From: Cycas panzhihuaensis
Taxonomy: Eukaryota; Plantae; Cycadophyta
Length of the DNA stretch: 64,000 bases
Direction of reading: 5' to 3'
Assembly (NCBI GenBank): GCA_023213395.1
Contig: CM041465.1
Location: 216,325,741 to 216,389,740 of the forward strand
Shown in pieces: positions 41,736 to 56,714 of the stretch. The notes under the pieces are model-generated. The model did not search any database. It saw only the letters and a list, made by a program, of their open reading frames with translations, and was not told where the DNA came from. Each line of letters begins with the position of its first letter. Position 1 is the stretch's first letter. The translations under genes were made by a program, and so were the position numbers.

Positions 41736-44700
41736 GGTTTCCCAATTACTAGGAATGGACATGGATGACTCATCTAAGGTAAGTGTAGGTACATATCTAT
41801 CCTCACTTTCATTGGATTTAGGACGCTATTAGATCATCGATTAATGCACATTACGTGTTGATTAGTTGATTGTATGATCACTGTGATTATCTTTCCTATG
41901 TACTCACATTTGCACATAATATTCTAAGCCTATGACAACTCAGGATACGTATCCCATGGCATCTTACGACCCTCTACCATATCTCCATAATACCTCAAAG
42001 TACTCTTAGTTCCCGTAGCCCTATCCTTTATCACTCCTTAGCATGATGTGACCCCTATCAACTTATTTAGGCCTGGTCGTCATCTTTATTCACCACTTAT
42101 CCTTTTTTTGGGCCTTGTTACCACCTTTTTCTCATCCACCGTGGTATCTCTAGGTCCTAAAACACCCTAGACCCTTCAATAATGCATCATTTTTGCCCTT
42201 TCGGTGTCTAGAATCCCCTTTTTGGGAGCCTTCTAGGACCCCCTTTTTATTTTCCCCTGGTTTTGAGTGCACTGCTGTAAATTCCATGGTACCAATGCAA
42301 ACTTTGTGGTACTGCAAAGTTTGTTATGGTGCGACTATTCAAATTTATTTTTTTGTCTAGCCATAGCTAATTTCACATTAAATATGAAATTGACACATGG
42401 TGTCGAGCTGTTTCGTGCTTAGGGTGAGCCCTAATCACCTATTAGGCTAGAGTTAGATTTAAAAACCCAAAATTTACCTCATTCCTCCTTATCTCTAAAA
42501 CAAATTTCTGAAAGGAAGGTTCTCTCTAATTATACCTATCTTATAGTCCTGCCATCTTCTTCCTTATGGTAAAACCACGAGTTACAAGGTAGCAACAACG
42601 AGCTTTCAGGATAGATCTTCTCTATGAATGCTCCACCAAGTCTTAAGCATCAAGTTTGTTACAGATTATGCTCCCTCCTTGCACCATTGTAGGGGTTCTT
42701 CACCAATCCTCCAAGAGGAACCTCTTCCCCAACCAACATATAAGGTATATCTGCCTTAGATCTATTTTTACCAGGTGTTCTTCTAGGCCTGCATATTCTT
42801 CTTCTCCTTTTTCTATTGATGTGTGAAGCCACCCATTATTTCTTCATTCCAGGAAGCAAACCCTCCCTTTTACTGGCTTGTTCTATTCCATCTTGAGGTT
42901 TCCCTCAGGTCCACTCAAGGAGGTGGAGAGAAAAGTGACCAACGAAGAGAGAAAGAAGTTTCAAGGAGGGTTTCGTATCCTTTCTCTATCTCCTCAAGGG
43001 TGGCCCCCACTCTTCGCTCTTTTTCTTCTCCCAATACCTCCTTTGTTCACTCAGAAACCTTTGGGATAGGGAACCTTGTTGATTGCAGTGTTAGCAACAC
43101 CTTGCTCCACCTACAACTAGCCATCATAGCCCCATAAAATTTAGTTTTTAGCAGCAGCTATTTTGATTCATATAACCTTAGCCTTACTTTTGTAAATCTT
43201 GTAAAAGTTGCACATCGCAACTTTTGCAACTCTTACAACTTTTATAACTTTTTTGCAACACTTTTTCATATACAAAATTTGTTGCCCTCTTTACTGTTAG
43301 ATGATCTTGGCTTCTTTCTTGATCAGCAACTTGAGTGCTTGGGTGTGTGGAGACATCTCATTGGAGGGTTATCCATTCTGAGGCTACCCTTCTTTCTTCC
43401 TTTCTCCCCCCTTTCCCATAATTATTGGAACACATAGTATGCATAATAAGTAAAACTAACATTCTTTATGGTGCTTATTGAAGGATATTTGCACAATGTT
43501 CCTTTCCTTTATTCTTTTTCCTTTTAATAAGCATATGCATATATATGTTCACTCCCATATACGTTGAGTGCCCCTTGGGAAAGGGTAAACCATTTTTTGT
43601 GTAGGTTTTGCTCCTTTTGGAGTAACCGAGGGTCTTCATGAAAGGTATGCATATCTCGTTTGTTATCATTGCATTATTTTGAAACTTTATTGTAAGCAAT
43701 TCTTTCTCTTTTCCTTTGGTTCTTTTTGTATTTGGACATTGGGGAAGGTAAGGAAGCCTTGTTGCTATTCCTCTCACAATATCAATTGCAACAAGGAGTG
43801 TTGGGTGGATGAGTGTAGATTGCATATAAAGTGAAAGGGCCTCTATACTGACCATTTGGTTTCCAAGTGTATCCCTTTTATCCTATCATTTCACTCATTC
43901 CTTTCCTCCCTTACTCCTAAAAGAATAAAAAAAAGAACAAAAGAAAAGATAGTCTTGTACTTCATTGTTCATTGCTTGACTTGTTTGATCATATAGGGGG
44001 AAGGGTAATTACTTTGCACAAGAAGGTGTTGATCCCCACTAGTTGCATCTTTACCCTTCTCTCTTGGCTCAAACTCTTGCATTCTCTAGAGTTTGAGTAC
44101 GAAAGGTTGTGAGTTCCTCTACTCCCAACTTATCCTCTTTCCCACGTGCTATTGGGTTAACCTACATTAGTCCTTGCACCCTCTTCCTATAATTCCTACC
44201 TGCTTGTTTCTTTTGGTGCTTATAAAAGACAAAGAGAGGGAGGATAGGATTTAGAGAGAGAGAGTTGTTGTCTTCCTTTGTTTTTCTTCATTTTTATTCA
44301 AGTGCAAACTAGGGACTATAATGACTTATATTACCATACCACTTCATTATATAACAAAAATAAAGAAACAAAATGCATTACCTTGCCCCTACATCTAGTT
44401 ATCTGTTCAAGTGTAGGCACCTTAGGGACATTCCCCCGTAAGGTCTTGCTCTTCCCTTTCAATGAAGCCTCACTTTGCCTTGCCTCTATTTAGGAGTTGG
44501 CTCATTTTCAACCCAACTTCCTCATCTCATCCACATTACTAGTCACCTGTTACTTGCTCGTAGGTACTCTCTCCTTCCGTTAGGAACTACCCCTTCTATT
44601 CCCTCTTCCTAAGAAGGGTGTCCCCCCATCTCGATCCTCCTTCCTCAACCATCCAGGATACGAGGGTCCTTTTGAGGCTACTTAGCAAACCAAGGGAGTA

Positions 44701-44909
44701 TCCCTTTGTCTGCTATGGAATCAAGAAGGTGCTTACCTTAAGGGGAGGCTTGTATGCCATTTATGGGTCCTCAAACCTACATTTTGACACATAGATGCCC
44801 TTTGTGGGTAATCCTCTCCTTTTCCCTCAAAGATATTTTAGCCTTCAATTGTTGATTATATAGGCTTGAGCCCCCTTGCATCTAGTGACCCCCTAGAGGT
44901 GCACTTCCA
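41736..44909 (+). repeat. 3' LTR of the deleted Tat element
   Basis: Preceded by purine-rich AAGGAGGCAA; termini and internal blocks match the reverse complement of 9997-12919. Confidence 0.85.
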
Positions 44910-47900
44910 ACCTCTTCCTCTTCCTTGAGGTCCATAATTTTGGCCTTGACCTTAGCCTTAAAAGTACCTTTGATCTTAAAATTATTTTTACCCTTGATAG
45001 AATTAATTTGGGCCTTATCCTTGATAGTTGGTTTGATCTTATACTGAATAGCCTTGACCTTGATAATATCCTTTCCTTTGGAATTGATTTCTAGGTTCAC
45101 CTCTCCCTTTAGGGGATTAACCTTTATCCTTAGAACTTCATCCTTAATATATAGGTCTAATTTTTGCTTTAGTGATAAAAGAATAATCAAGGGATTTACT
45201 TCCTCCAATTTTGTCTTCTACAACTAGTAACATAGCAATTAACTGATCTATCTTGAGGGTGCTAAGGTCCTTAGAAACTTCTATGTTAGTGTCCACCATC
45301 TCAAACTGCTTGATGTTACTTACACACATTAAGATTTTCTTAAGTACTCTTTGTTCACTAATCACCTCTCCTAAGTCCCTCATCTAATTGATTAAGCCTT
45401 AGATCTTTATAATAAAATCATTAACTCCTTTATGAGTAGTCATCCTTAGGTTCTCAGATTTACTCCTTAAAGTCTAAAGCTTTGATATTATTATTCCTTT
45501 GTATGTTGTCTTTAGTACATCCATTGTCTCCTTCGATGTGGCTACTTCATTGATCCTTGGGAAGATATGATCCTCTAAAGCATAAAAGATGAATGTAAAT
45601 CCCTTGGTTGTTTCTCTCTTCATTTTGCTTAAAACTTTTCTTCTCATCCTCCATGGCATTTTCAATAAGTAATCCATAACCTGTTTCAACAAGCTCCCAC
45701 ATATCTTTGGTAATAAAGATGAGCATCATATGCCTATTCCAATTAAGAAAATTTATGCCATCAAACTTAGGTACCATAACATTACCAATATTTGATGCCA
45801 TAATAAAAAGTTACCTTGAAAAAATAACTTTTTGAAATGTAAAGTGCTTAAAATAAAGTGTAATCAAAGCACTAAAAAAGGCAATAAAAGGGGCACTTAA
45901 AGGCAATAAGATTTATCCTACATTAACTCTAAGACTTAGACAAATGTTCTAATTGGGACTCAACCACCTCATACATAAATCTTTGTATTAATGAAAGCTT
46001 AAAAACTAAAATTTGGCTAGTTTATATAAGGGACATCATACAGGAAGCCTAAAACTAGTGTAAATTTTGAGCATAAAATGGATATATTATATGACTTTAA
46101 TTTTTTTTTAAAGTTTTAACCACTCAATAGAGGACCCAAAAAGATATAATGTGGCTAAGATATGCATTAAAATATCTAAGGAAAAAAATAGTCTTTTAAT
46201 ATATGAGGCTCAAAAAAATTTTACATCAATTTGAACCATTAAAAAACATATTAAATGGAAATGAAATATGGTAGTATGACCACTCATTTATTTGGGTAGA
46301 AATGTACTTTATCTTGAAGTTGAAAATAAAAGTTATGGCTGTTAGAGCAAAGACAAGTCCTAATTTTGAAACAACATCTTTGAAAATAACTTAGCCCCTT
46401 TTAAATAGTGCTCTTTTGGTCATCTTGACTACTAAATATGACCTGCTAGTTGTACGATCAGGAGGGCTATAATTAGAGATCTCACTAGACTTCACACTCT
46501 AATAAAAAATTAAAAATTAAAAATAGAATAATGTGCCTGCACATTAATTTTGTTCTAATATAATACTGGATCCTCCTAATTCACTTATTTATAAATTTTT
46601 ACACAACTAAAGAAATGTATTCATAATATGTTAATACACATAATATGTTAATCAAAGTGCTAATAAATCTAGAAGTCATAAGGATTAGATAGAAGTTCCA
46701 ACTAAAAGATAGTGAACATAGTGATGCAATAGTCTGCATCTATAATCTTACTTCGATGAAGTGATAAGAGATGAGCAACATGCCATTGATTACATAACAC
46801 GGAGTTGCAATAACAACAAAAGAAGATCTTATGGATAAATAGACGCAAATACACTGAGACTCTATAATGAGTAATCTGCACCTTGTTTTATGATGTCTAT
46901 GAATATTACATATGTATTTCTAATTTTAGATGATGGATGTAATAAATAACAGAATAAAACATAAATATTTGATTATAAATTACATGAAATAAAAGAGTGT
47001 AAATATTTATGCATAAAACATTAAGTTTCAATATTAATTCTCAACCACAAAATATGAAGAGAAATAAGAAATTTGGGCTGCAATAGAAATATAGATCTAA
47101 TAGCCATGCATGATGCAAAATACGAAACATAAATGTTAAGCAAGACATAAATATATATGGCCTATGTAGAAAGAGAAGGAAGAGGAGTCTAAATGAATAT
47201 GGCTATTATGGAATGGTTGACCACATATGATAGTCAACAATAGATCAAAGTTATAGGATGCCAAATCACCCAGGTGCAAGAAATGCATCTATTAAAGCCA
47301 AGACACAATGAGTAATGATTAAAGATACAAATGTAAATGGGACAAAGTTTGCTTTAAATGCAAATGGTCATTTAGAATGGGGCACCACTAAGAAGCTTTG
47401 GGAAAATCTAAATAGAATAGGCTTGAAGTAGACAATGACTGTGATGCATTATCATTTATACTCTTAAGAGGTAGATATAGAATGTAGATTAATAAAACAT
47501 AGATGCAGATAAATATGAGTTAAATGAATTTTAGATGATTATCGTTACCTTGGGCGAGGATATTCCTAACTTAAATGTAAATGCAAACAAAGCATTGACT
47601 CAATGATTAATACCATGTAAATATACAAAAGTGTGTGTAATATAGTAGGGTAATTATATCATATGACAAGTTGACAATTATTCATATGCATTAAACTATA
47701 GATATTAGATAGATATAGCTAAGTGGAAACCAAACCCACATCAAGATTTAGACAATCAATTAACCTTTACTAGGCAAAGGCTTCATTATCTATATGATAA
47801 GTGATAACTCAAAGATTTCAAATGTAAATCCTTATGACTCTAGCCTTGGGCCATAATATAGATGAATAAAATAGTGATATGATTTGTTTATCATAGGTAT

Positions 47901-50007
47901 CACTCTTAATAAATCAAGAATACAATCAAATACTTCAAAAAATAAACAAGCACAATAACTAGAAATGAAAGTTGCTAGATTGAATGAGCAAAATATTGAA
48001 TGGTAAAATAAAGATACCAATAGTGTGTGCAATAAACTTCTCATAAATTCCTTCATAGCTCTGGTTGAAACTCCTTGATAACTCATCCAACTTATCTTTG
48101 AATGATGGATTTATAAATAGGGAAGATGGATCTACATGATTGAATGAATTTATGATACTAAATGATGGGATTAGGGGATAGAGGGAATAAAATGATAATG
48201 CATGAATGAGTTAACCATCAACCTGTAAGAGTGGTGGTCTTAATGAATACCAAGGTTTTTAGATCCCATGAATAAATAGGCAGGACATGAGTGTGATATG
48301 GCATACCACTCAAAGTCCATTGCTAACTAATGTTAATAAATACTAGAAAGGATGTTGCCAAGATTTGACAAAGTGTAGCTAGGATCTGATATAGAGTCAC
48401 TATGAAATCTTTGCTAATCTTAGGTTATCATCCCAATGTAGGTAATCAACCCAAGATAGATATAAGCCCCAATAGGTATTATTCTAATAGTTATAAGATT
48501 AATGTTTACCCTTCTTATGTATACTAAAGGATTGTAGTGGATACACTTCTTCATGTATTAGTCATTGGTTGAATATGTGGTTCCTAGCATATAATTAGAC
48601 ACTTATATAGTGGCATCTACTATAAACATATGTATTATTTTATAATATAAATAAGAGATGATCATTTCCCTTAAAGAGTTTATGTTATATTATATTACAT
48701 GTTTCACATTTTTGTCTCGTATGTTATTAGCATATTCTTGATATGTTTCATATTATGTAATGGTATCAAATTATGTAATTTTAACTAGTATTGGAGCTAT
48801 AGTCTAACCTATGGAAGGCTATAAGACTATGAGTTATCCATGTGCCTATTTTATTTATTTAGAATTTATTTTAAGTGTGCTTATTGTGATGAGTGAGGGT
48901 GATTATCTTGTTGAGTAAGATGTATTACTACAGATTGGTGGGAAAGTTGTCAAGTTATACTTTTATAGAGCACTTGAAAAGCATGTTGATGCAGGCACTT
49001 AAAAGGAATGTTGGCTAGAGAAGTGCTTAAATAACATGTTGATACGTATGCCTAAATAGCATATTAGTGCTTATATTGTCAAAAATCTAATTAGAGGATA
49101 AGTGGTTATGGTTATTCAAACATAAATCTCATGATAAATTATCATGTGAAGTATAAATTCATTTATTAAATTATAATAATCTTATATATGTGTTAGGTAA
49201 TACACATATAGGTGTCGGTTATATGCTCATGAATGAAATTTTTAAAGAAGGATTAATCAGCCCGTTGAAGTTATTTTTATCGTGAAAAGAACCATTATTT
49301 TACCCTATGTTTTGTGGCATGAAGGCCAAGTTCTAAGAGGGTCTTGTAACAAATCTATTCATGTATATAGTATATGTTAAGCATAGTAGTTGTTTGAATG
49401 TTTGGCTTGTGTTATTATTAGTTTGTGGCCATTCTATTGAGGAAACAAGCACTTTTCATCGTGTCATTATTTCAAAAGGAAATTATAGATCTATTGCCAA
49501 GAATCCTAGCCTAAAAAGGAGTTTGTTATTTGAGTAACTATAGGGCATAATTATTAAGGGTTTTGTTATTTGTTATTGGTGCAAATTGGTTGCTAGTGGG
49601 TACACACATTAGGTTTTCTCTTTGCTGATTGATTGAAACCCTTGTTATAGATAGATAAAAAGTTTAGTAATTATGTTTAATGTTTTGAGTAATTTTCTCA
49701 TATTTTCCTACTACCATTAGGCTATCATATATTTATACTATAGATGTGATGATATTTTCATAGGTTATAGTCTCTATTTATGAGAAATTTGATTGTGGGC
49801 TTTATTTTGGCATTAGCACATCTCCATGATTAATGGTATTTTCCCTATCCTTTTTGGCATGGTTTTCACCATATTTGTGTATGTAGGGACTATTATATGG
49901 CGAGGAATGTAAATATGATATCTAATCTAGCATTAGAAACTCTATTTAGGAGAAAACATGATTTAAAGTTTGTAAATACACATCATTGTTACCATGCATC
50001 TACTACC

Positions 50008-53000
50008 TAAAAGAATGTAGGGGGTTTAGAGAGAGTAGAGAATGCATGAATAGGCTAAACTAGAGTTTGATATAGTGGTAGTGTTAATAAATACCAAGGT
50101 CTTTGGACCCCATGAATTTATAGGTGGGAATTAAGTGGGAAGCTCTCAATGTTTACCATCGACTTGGCATTGAGAAATACTAATATATTTGTTATAGACA
50201 TTTGACAAGTCGATTAGGTGTGGTAGTGGTGCCAACATGATCTCTACATTACCCTAGGCTGATATAAGTTGATGTGAGCCCTAATGGGTATTATTCCAAT
50301 ATTTCTCCCCCATAATGCACATTTGGGAAGACTTTAAATTTGTTAAACTTTATCCTTTTAAGTTCCTTAGTGAATATATCTACCACTTAATCTTTTGTGT
50401 TGCAATAGACTAATTCAATCTTATCTTACTGAACTAATTATTTGATGAAGTGATAATGTGTTTTGATGTGCTTCATCCTGCTATGAAACATTGGATTCTA
50501 ATTTATCTGAGTAGTATTTTAATTATCACAAAGCATCTATGTAGGACCAACCCATTCTTCTTATAAATCTTGGAGCAATATTCTCAACCCAACTATCTCA
50601 CAAGCTCCTATTACAACTACCTTATACTCTACCTCTACAGTTGATGGAGAAACTATGGCATATTTCTTTAAATAACATGCAATTGCTATTGAACCCAAAT
50701 TGAATGTAAAACCAAAGGTAGATTTCTTATCATCTATGCATCCTGCCCAGTCTGAGACTATATAAATAATTAACCTGTAGTCCCATGATGATTTGTAATG
50801 AAGTCTGTATCTAATCATTCCTTTTAAATACCTAAAATTCCTTTTTACTACTTGCTAATATGTTACCTTAGGCTCATGCATACATCTACAAACTACATTG
50901 ATGGTGTATATGATATCTGGTTGGGTTGAAGTTAAGAAATCAAACCTCCAATCAATTGCCTATAAATTGTAGGATCAACTAATTTTGAATCTTCAAATTT
51001 AGATAACTTCATCCCAACTTCTACTGGTGTTAAAAGTGGCTTGTAACTACTCATGTTAAACTTGTGTACTAAATCTAGTATATATTTCCTTTAGGAAATA
51101 AATATTCCATTTTTATCTTGCCATACTTCTAAGCCTAAGAAGTAATGCATTAGTCCCAAATCAATCATTTCAAACTCCTTACATATATCTTCTTTGAATT
51201 TTTAAGATAAATGAACGTCATTCCCAATATATATAAGATCATCAATATACGAGCCCATAATAAGTATTGAGATTCCCTCTATCTTGATATATAAGTTAGG
51301 ATTCGACTAACTCTTTTAGAATCTTTTATCTCTAAAATACTTATCAATCTTAGAGTACCATACTCTAAGTGCTTGTTTAAGTCCATACAAGGTCTTCTTA
51401 AGTTTATAGATCTTGTGTTCTTCCTCCTTTACTTTAAAACCTTTGGGTTGATGGATGTATATTTCTTCTTTTATATAACCATTTAAGAAAACATACTTAA
51501 CATCTATTTGTTGAACTATCCAACCTTATTGTGCTACTAAAGTTATCATCAAATGAACTATCTCAAGTCTTGTAACATGCACAAAAGTTTTATTATAGCC
51601 TATGCCTTCAAGTTGGGTATAGCCTTTGGTAACTAATATTTCTTTATACTTTATTAATTATTCTATTTGATCTATATTTGGTCTCATATAAATACTTGGT
51701 TTCAATTGCATTCTTACCTGGCAACAGATCTTCTAATTCTTAAGTATCATTTTTTACTAAGGCATTATGCTCATCTTTCATAGCTACTCTTTATTCATCT
51801 TGTGTATTAGTCTCTTCGAAGTTATGGCACTTATTTGACTCCATCACTTGATTCATCAAAGCAAAACTTACCCTTTGAGATCTAGTAGTTCTTCTCTCAA
51901 AGTTATTGTCCAAAATTTTTGAAGGGTCATCTGCCCTTTGAACCCATTTAGGAACCCTTTAATTTGATGTAGAGGATCCTGCTTTAATTAGACTTAGTAT
52001 ATTTAAAGCCTTAGAATTTGGTTCCATTTCAATCATGATGTTTTTTCCTTTAGCTTTTTCAATAACTTCATCTTAATAAATTTTATCCTCTTTGAAGATG
52101 ACATCCCTACTTATAATCATGTTCTTATCTTTTAGACCATATAGTTTATAATATCTAGAAGTATCACTATATCCTATAAAGATATACTTAGTGCTCTTAT
52201 CATCTAACTTGGTCCTTTTTTGTTTTAGAACATGTGCATAAGCTAAGCATCTAAAAATTCTTAAGTGTTTTATGCTTAGTTTGTAACCTGTCTAAGCATC
52301 TTTTGGTGTGACCCACCTAACCACCTTAGTGATACTCTTGTTCAATATATAAACTGCCATGTGCATAACTTCTACCTAAAATTCATGTCTGAGGTGCTTA
52401 TCCTTAAGCATACTTCTTACTATTTCAACAATGGTTCTATTCTTTCTTTCTTCAATTCCATTTTATTATGGAGTATAAGGATTAGTGAGTTGATTCCTTA
52501 TCCTATAATAGTTGCAATGTGAATGAACTCATTTGAGATGAATTCTCCCCCATTATCTAACCTTAAGATAAGAATTATAAAACCACTTTATTTCTCAATC
52601 AAAGTTTTAAAGTCAATAAAACATTAAAGAGCATCTGATTTAAACTTGATGAAATAGACCTAATTTATTCTACTAAAGTCATCAATGAAAGTCATAAAAT
52701 ACCTAAAACAACCTAGTGAAAGAACATCCATTGGACCATATAGATTTATATAGATAAATTAAAGGGGCCCTTTGGCCCTATAACTTTTATTTAAAAAAAA
52801 TTCCTTTATTATTTTCCAAGTATGCAACTTTCATGAAGTTCTTTATTTGTTTTTATAGTAGGGAGTCTGATCACCATATCCATTCTTTTCATCAAAGATA
52901 AGCTATTATAAATTATATGGATAAGTCTTTTATGCTATATTTCATAATCAACATTTATTGAAGCCTTTAAAGCATACAAATCTAATGGAGGAATGACTAG

Positions 53001-56000
53001 TTTAACTAATCTATCACTAGTCATTTAACTTTTTGCCACAATTACCTTATTCCTTAATTTATCCTTGATAGCACATTCTCTATTATCAAAGATTACTTTA
53101 TACTTTTGATCCATCATCTAACCCATAAAAAGTAGATTCTTTTTTAAGGCTAGAACATGTAGAATATAATTTATACTTCTAGTTTCTTCTAAATTAGTTA
53201 TTATAGAAACATTACATTTTCTAATTGTTGCATGTGTGGTGTTATCCCCAAACATAATTCTACTTTTCTTAGAATTATCTATCTCCTTGAACCATTCTTC
53301 TTTGTGTGTGATGTGTGTTGAACATATTAAATTGATGTACTAATTATCCTCTTCTTTACTGGCCATTAGACTTGAGAGAAATAATCTATTATCATGCCTT
53401 TCTTTTATTGTTATCTTAGTTGTCCCCCTTTGTGTGCTTACATTTTTGGCAAAATAATTTTCTTCTAAGTGACCAAGTCTATGGCAAAAGGAACATTGAG
53501 TGGTTCCTCTTCCTCTTGAACTTCTTCCTCTTTGACTTTGGTTTCTACCTCTAAAAGTTCCTCTTACTCTTCTAAAATTTTGGCCTTAGCCTTAAAATTA
53601 CCTTTGATTTTACCCTTGAAAACCTTGTTCAGGGCCTTGTCCTTAAAAATTTTCTTGTCTTTAGAAGTTACGTTATCTTGAGAAGTCACCCTGATAATTT
53701 TGGAAGCTTTGGCCTTAGTTTCTTGGTTGTCCTATTCCTCTAAAGGATTTATCTCTATCCTTAGAACCTTGTCCTTGAAAATTTTGCCTAATTCTAGCCT
53801 TAATGGTAAAGACATATTTAAGGAATTCATTAGCCCCTTTCTTCTCCTCAATAATTAAGAGAATAGCACTTAATTAATCAATCTTAAGTGTGCTAATGTA
53901 TTTTAAAATTTTAATACTTATTGCCACTATTTAAAACCTTTTAATTTCTCCTACACACTTTAGAATTTTTTCAATAATCATTTATTCACTTATCATTTCA
54001 CCTATAAATCTTATTTGATTGACTAAGTTTTGAACCTTAGTGATGAATTCATTGACTCCTTCTCTGATTGTCATCCTTAAATTTTTAAACTTACTCCTTA
54101 GAATTTATAACTTTAAAGATGTCACTTCTTCATATGTTGTTTTGAGGGTGTCCTAAGCCTCCTTAGACATTATAGCTTTACTGACTCTAGGAAATATATA
54201 ATTCTCTAGTGCACAAAAGATAAGTGCAAGTACTTCATCATACCTCTTGACATTTTCCTTGTAGTTTTTCTTTTCATCCTTCATGGTTATTTCGTCGATC
54301 TCTTTATAACCTATATTGATAAGATCCCACATATCCTTTACAATAAAAATAGGTTTTATTCACCTATTCTAATTAAGAATGTTGTTTCTATTAAACTTAG
54401 GCACAATTGCATTTCTAATATTTGTTGTCATTGTAAAGAAGATTACTTTGAACAATAGACTTTCAAAAAATATAGAGCACTTAAAAGTAAATGGAATCAA
54501 ATGGCATAAAAAAGAGTAATGAAAGGACACTCAACAACCATAAGAAATGACATACTTCATCTCTGGGACTAGTACAAATATCCTAATAGGGATTCTAACC
54601 ACCTCAAGAAGCAATAATTTTTATTAATGAGATGCTACAATATGATTTTTCACTAGTTTATATAAGGGTCATTTACAGGAAGCCCTTCAGTAGTGCCACT
54701 TTAGACAATAAAAATAATACATAAAATGATTTCAAAAAATGTTTATAACTTTACAACTCAGTAGATAATAAGAAATGAAGTTCAAATACTTTAGACATGA
54801 CTTAACTCTAATATCGAATGATAAAGTTATGTATTAAAAACTTAAAAAAAAAAAATTAATCTTTTAACTTTAAATACTAAAAAATGCATTGCCTCAATTT
54901 CACTCATTAAAAAGTCAATCAAACTAAATATGAAGGTGGTCATGTGACCACTCATTTTGATTAAGTGATAATGGACTTTGATTTGATACTAACATAACGA
55001 ATTTCTGACTTTGTTGGTGAAAATTATAGTGCCCAAAGTAGAGGTGGGTCCTACTTTTTAACAGTTGTCCTGAAAAGTTCACTTGGCCCCCTTTGTAAAA
55101 ATTAATCTTGATCACTTTATTTATTGCATGTGACTTACCATGGCTAGTATCAGGTGTTTACCTTATCAATAGCTCAAATGTAGGGCCAATAGAAATAATT
55201 AACACTCTTTAAAAGAGTATGCAATCGCCCAAAAATAAGCATACAAATTAGTGAAAAAAGGCATACAAATAATTTTCTCAAAGTACACTTGCAAATATAT
55301 ATATGAATGTCAAATATTTGGATTACAATCAATTATTACATGTAGGGAACAAGTGCACATATGTGGGAAAGAAAAAAGGATACAATAATGTTTTGAAGTC
55401 CCATAATGAATGGTACAAATAAAATAAAGATTCAAATGATGATTATTAAAATTCTAAATTTTAGAACTTTAGAAAAAATATTAAAAATGTGTAAATGAGA
55501 AGGTCATAGCCATAGACACAACTGTACAAAGATGTAGCCAGTCATAGACAATGATGATGTAGTCTTAGATGATTTGGTAAATACAATTGTAAATGATTTA
55601 GCTAGTAAAGGAGTGAAGACACGATAGGTGCAAATAATATGTGTGTGTGTGTGTGTGTGTATACACCTGTGTAGAGGCTACTTACAATTGTAGTTCAAAA
55701 AATATGAGAGCATAGTAATGCAGATACATAAGGAGGGATGACCTCATCTCCAATTGGGAGAACACATATGTCTAGATACAAGAATATTATGGAGAGTACA
55801 CAAGACAAAAATTAGAGGCTATTTAAAAGAAAGATGCTAAAATGATATAGAGGTAGGACTCACAAGATGTAAATGTAGGTACAATAAGTTGATGGGACAC
55901 AAATATGCAAGGATGAGGATGCAAATATACTATAGAAGTAACTGGTAGTGGAGGTAGCTTGCTAGATATTCTATATTCTCTTATTGGGACACAAATGGTC

Positions 56001-56714
56001 AAATAAGGGTGTAAAAACAAGGCAAGGAAGAGCAAATAATTCTCCACACAATACAAGACCAACTATCTATTAAGAAAGATAGGCTGGGAATAAGTTAGGC
56101 TTCATAATGATGAGATCTCCTTCACTAGAATTGAGTGAAACTCTTAGGCATGAAATGGGAATAAACACTTTTTAATAGAACCTCAATAAATAAAAATAAA
56201 TGAATGATAATATTTAAAAAATCTTATGAAAGTAAATAATGAAATATTAATTAATAGCTCAAAAGTATCGATGGTATGCACAATAAAACCTCCTCACAAG
56301 ACTTCTTAAACATGGCTCTAAGCTTGGCTCTTTATTCAAAGACTTCTATAATAAGATAATACTCCAACAATGCTCTAGAATCTTATGCAACTCACTTTGA
56401 TACCAAACATTAGTGGCTTTGATACTAAATGAAGGAATGTAAGGGGTTTAGAGGGAGCATAGAATGCACAAATAGGATAAACTAGAATCTGATATAGTGG
56501 CAGTGTTAATGAACACCAAGGTCTTTGAAACCCATGAATTTATAGGTGGGAATTGAGCAAGAAACACTCAACGTCTATCATTGGCTTGGAATTAAGAAAT
56601 GCTTGTATATTTATTACAAACATCTGATAAATTGGTTAGGTGCAGTTAGTGGTGTTAACATGATCTCCATTAAACCCTAGGTCGATATAAGTCATAATGG
56701 ACATTATTCTAACA
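50008..56714 (-). mobile_element. Full-length Ty1/copia element C (6.7 kb), related to Copia B
   Basis: LTRs at 50008-50301 and 56430-56714; TSD CTACC/CTACT; PPT GGGGGAGAAA; PBS at 56416-56427. RH has SDWAGCIDDKKSTFG, the gag ATG is at ~54431, and the element is collinear with Copia B. Confidence 0.92.
55640..55660. repeat. (TG)10 microsatellite in the Copia C leader
   Basis: Direct reading. Confidence 0.95.

Larger units (their letters stand above)
40688..44909 (+). mobile_element. Internally deleted Tat-like element: 239-bp 5' LTR head, then additional RNase H, 3' UTR/PPT and a complete 3.2-kb 3' LTR
   Basis: 40688-40926 is directly repeated at 41736-41974. The LTR ends GCACTTCCA at 44909, and the TSD is AACTC/ACCTC. 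The LTR is homologous to 9997-12919. Confidence 0.85.
37102..48489 (-). mobile_element. Full-length Ty1/copia element B, interrupted in gag by the Tat insertion at 40688-44909
   Basis: LTRs at 37102-37430 and 48163-48489; TSD GTTAG/GTTAT; PPT GGAGGAGAAA. Gag starts MASNIGNVMVPKFDG at 45801; RT has KWVFKTKY..DGSIDKYKVRLVVKGYAQ; RH has GYTDSDWA..SKKQATVSLSTTE. Confidence 0.9.

Noticed and set aside
44877-44884. TGCA at 44880 as the end of the Tat insertion
   Set aside because: LTR homology extends to 44909, which gives the TSD match AACTC/ACCTC.
48965-49075. Short ~23-bp degenerate repeats as a CRISPR-like array
   Set aside because: The context is eukaryotic TE DNA, the repeats are degenerate and adjacent with no unique spacers, and there are no cas genes.
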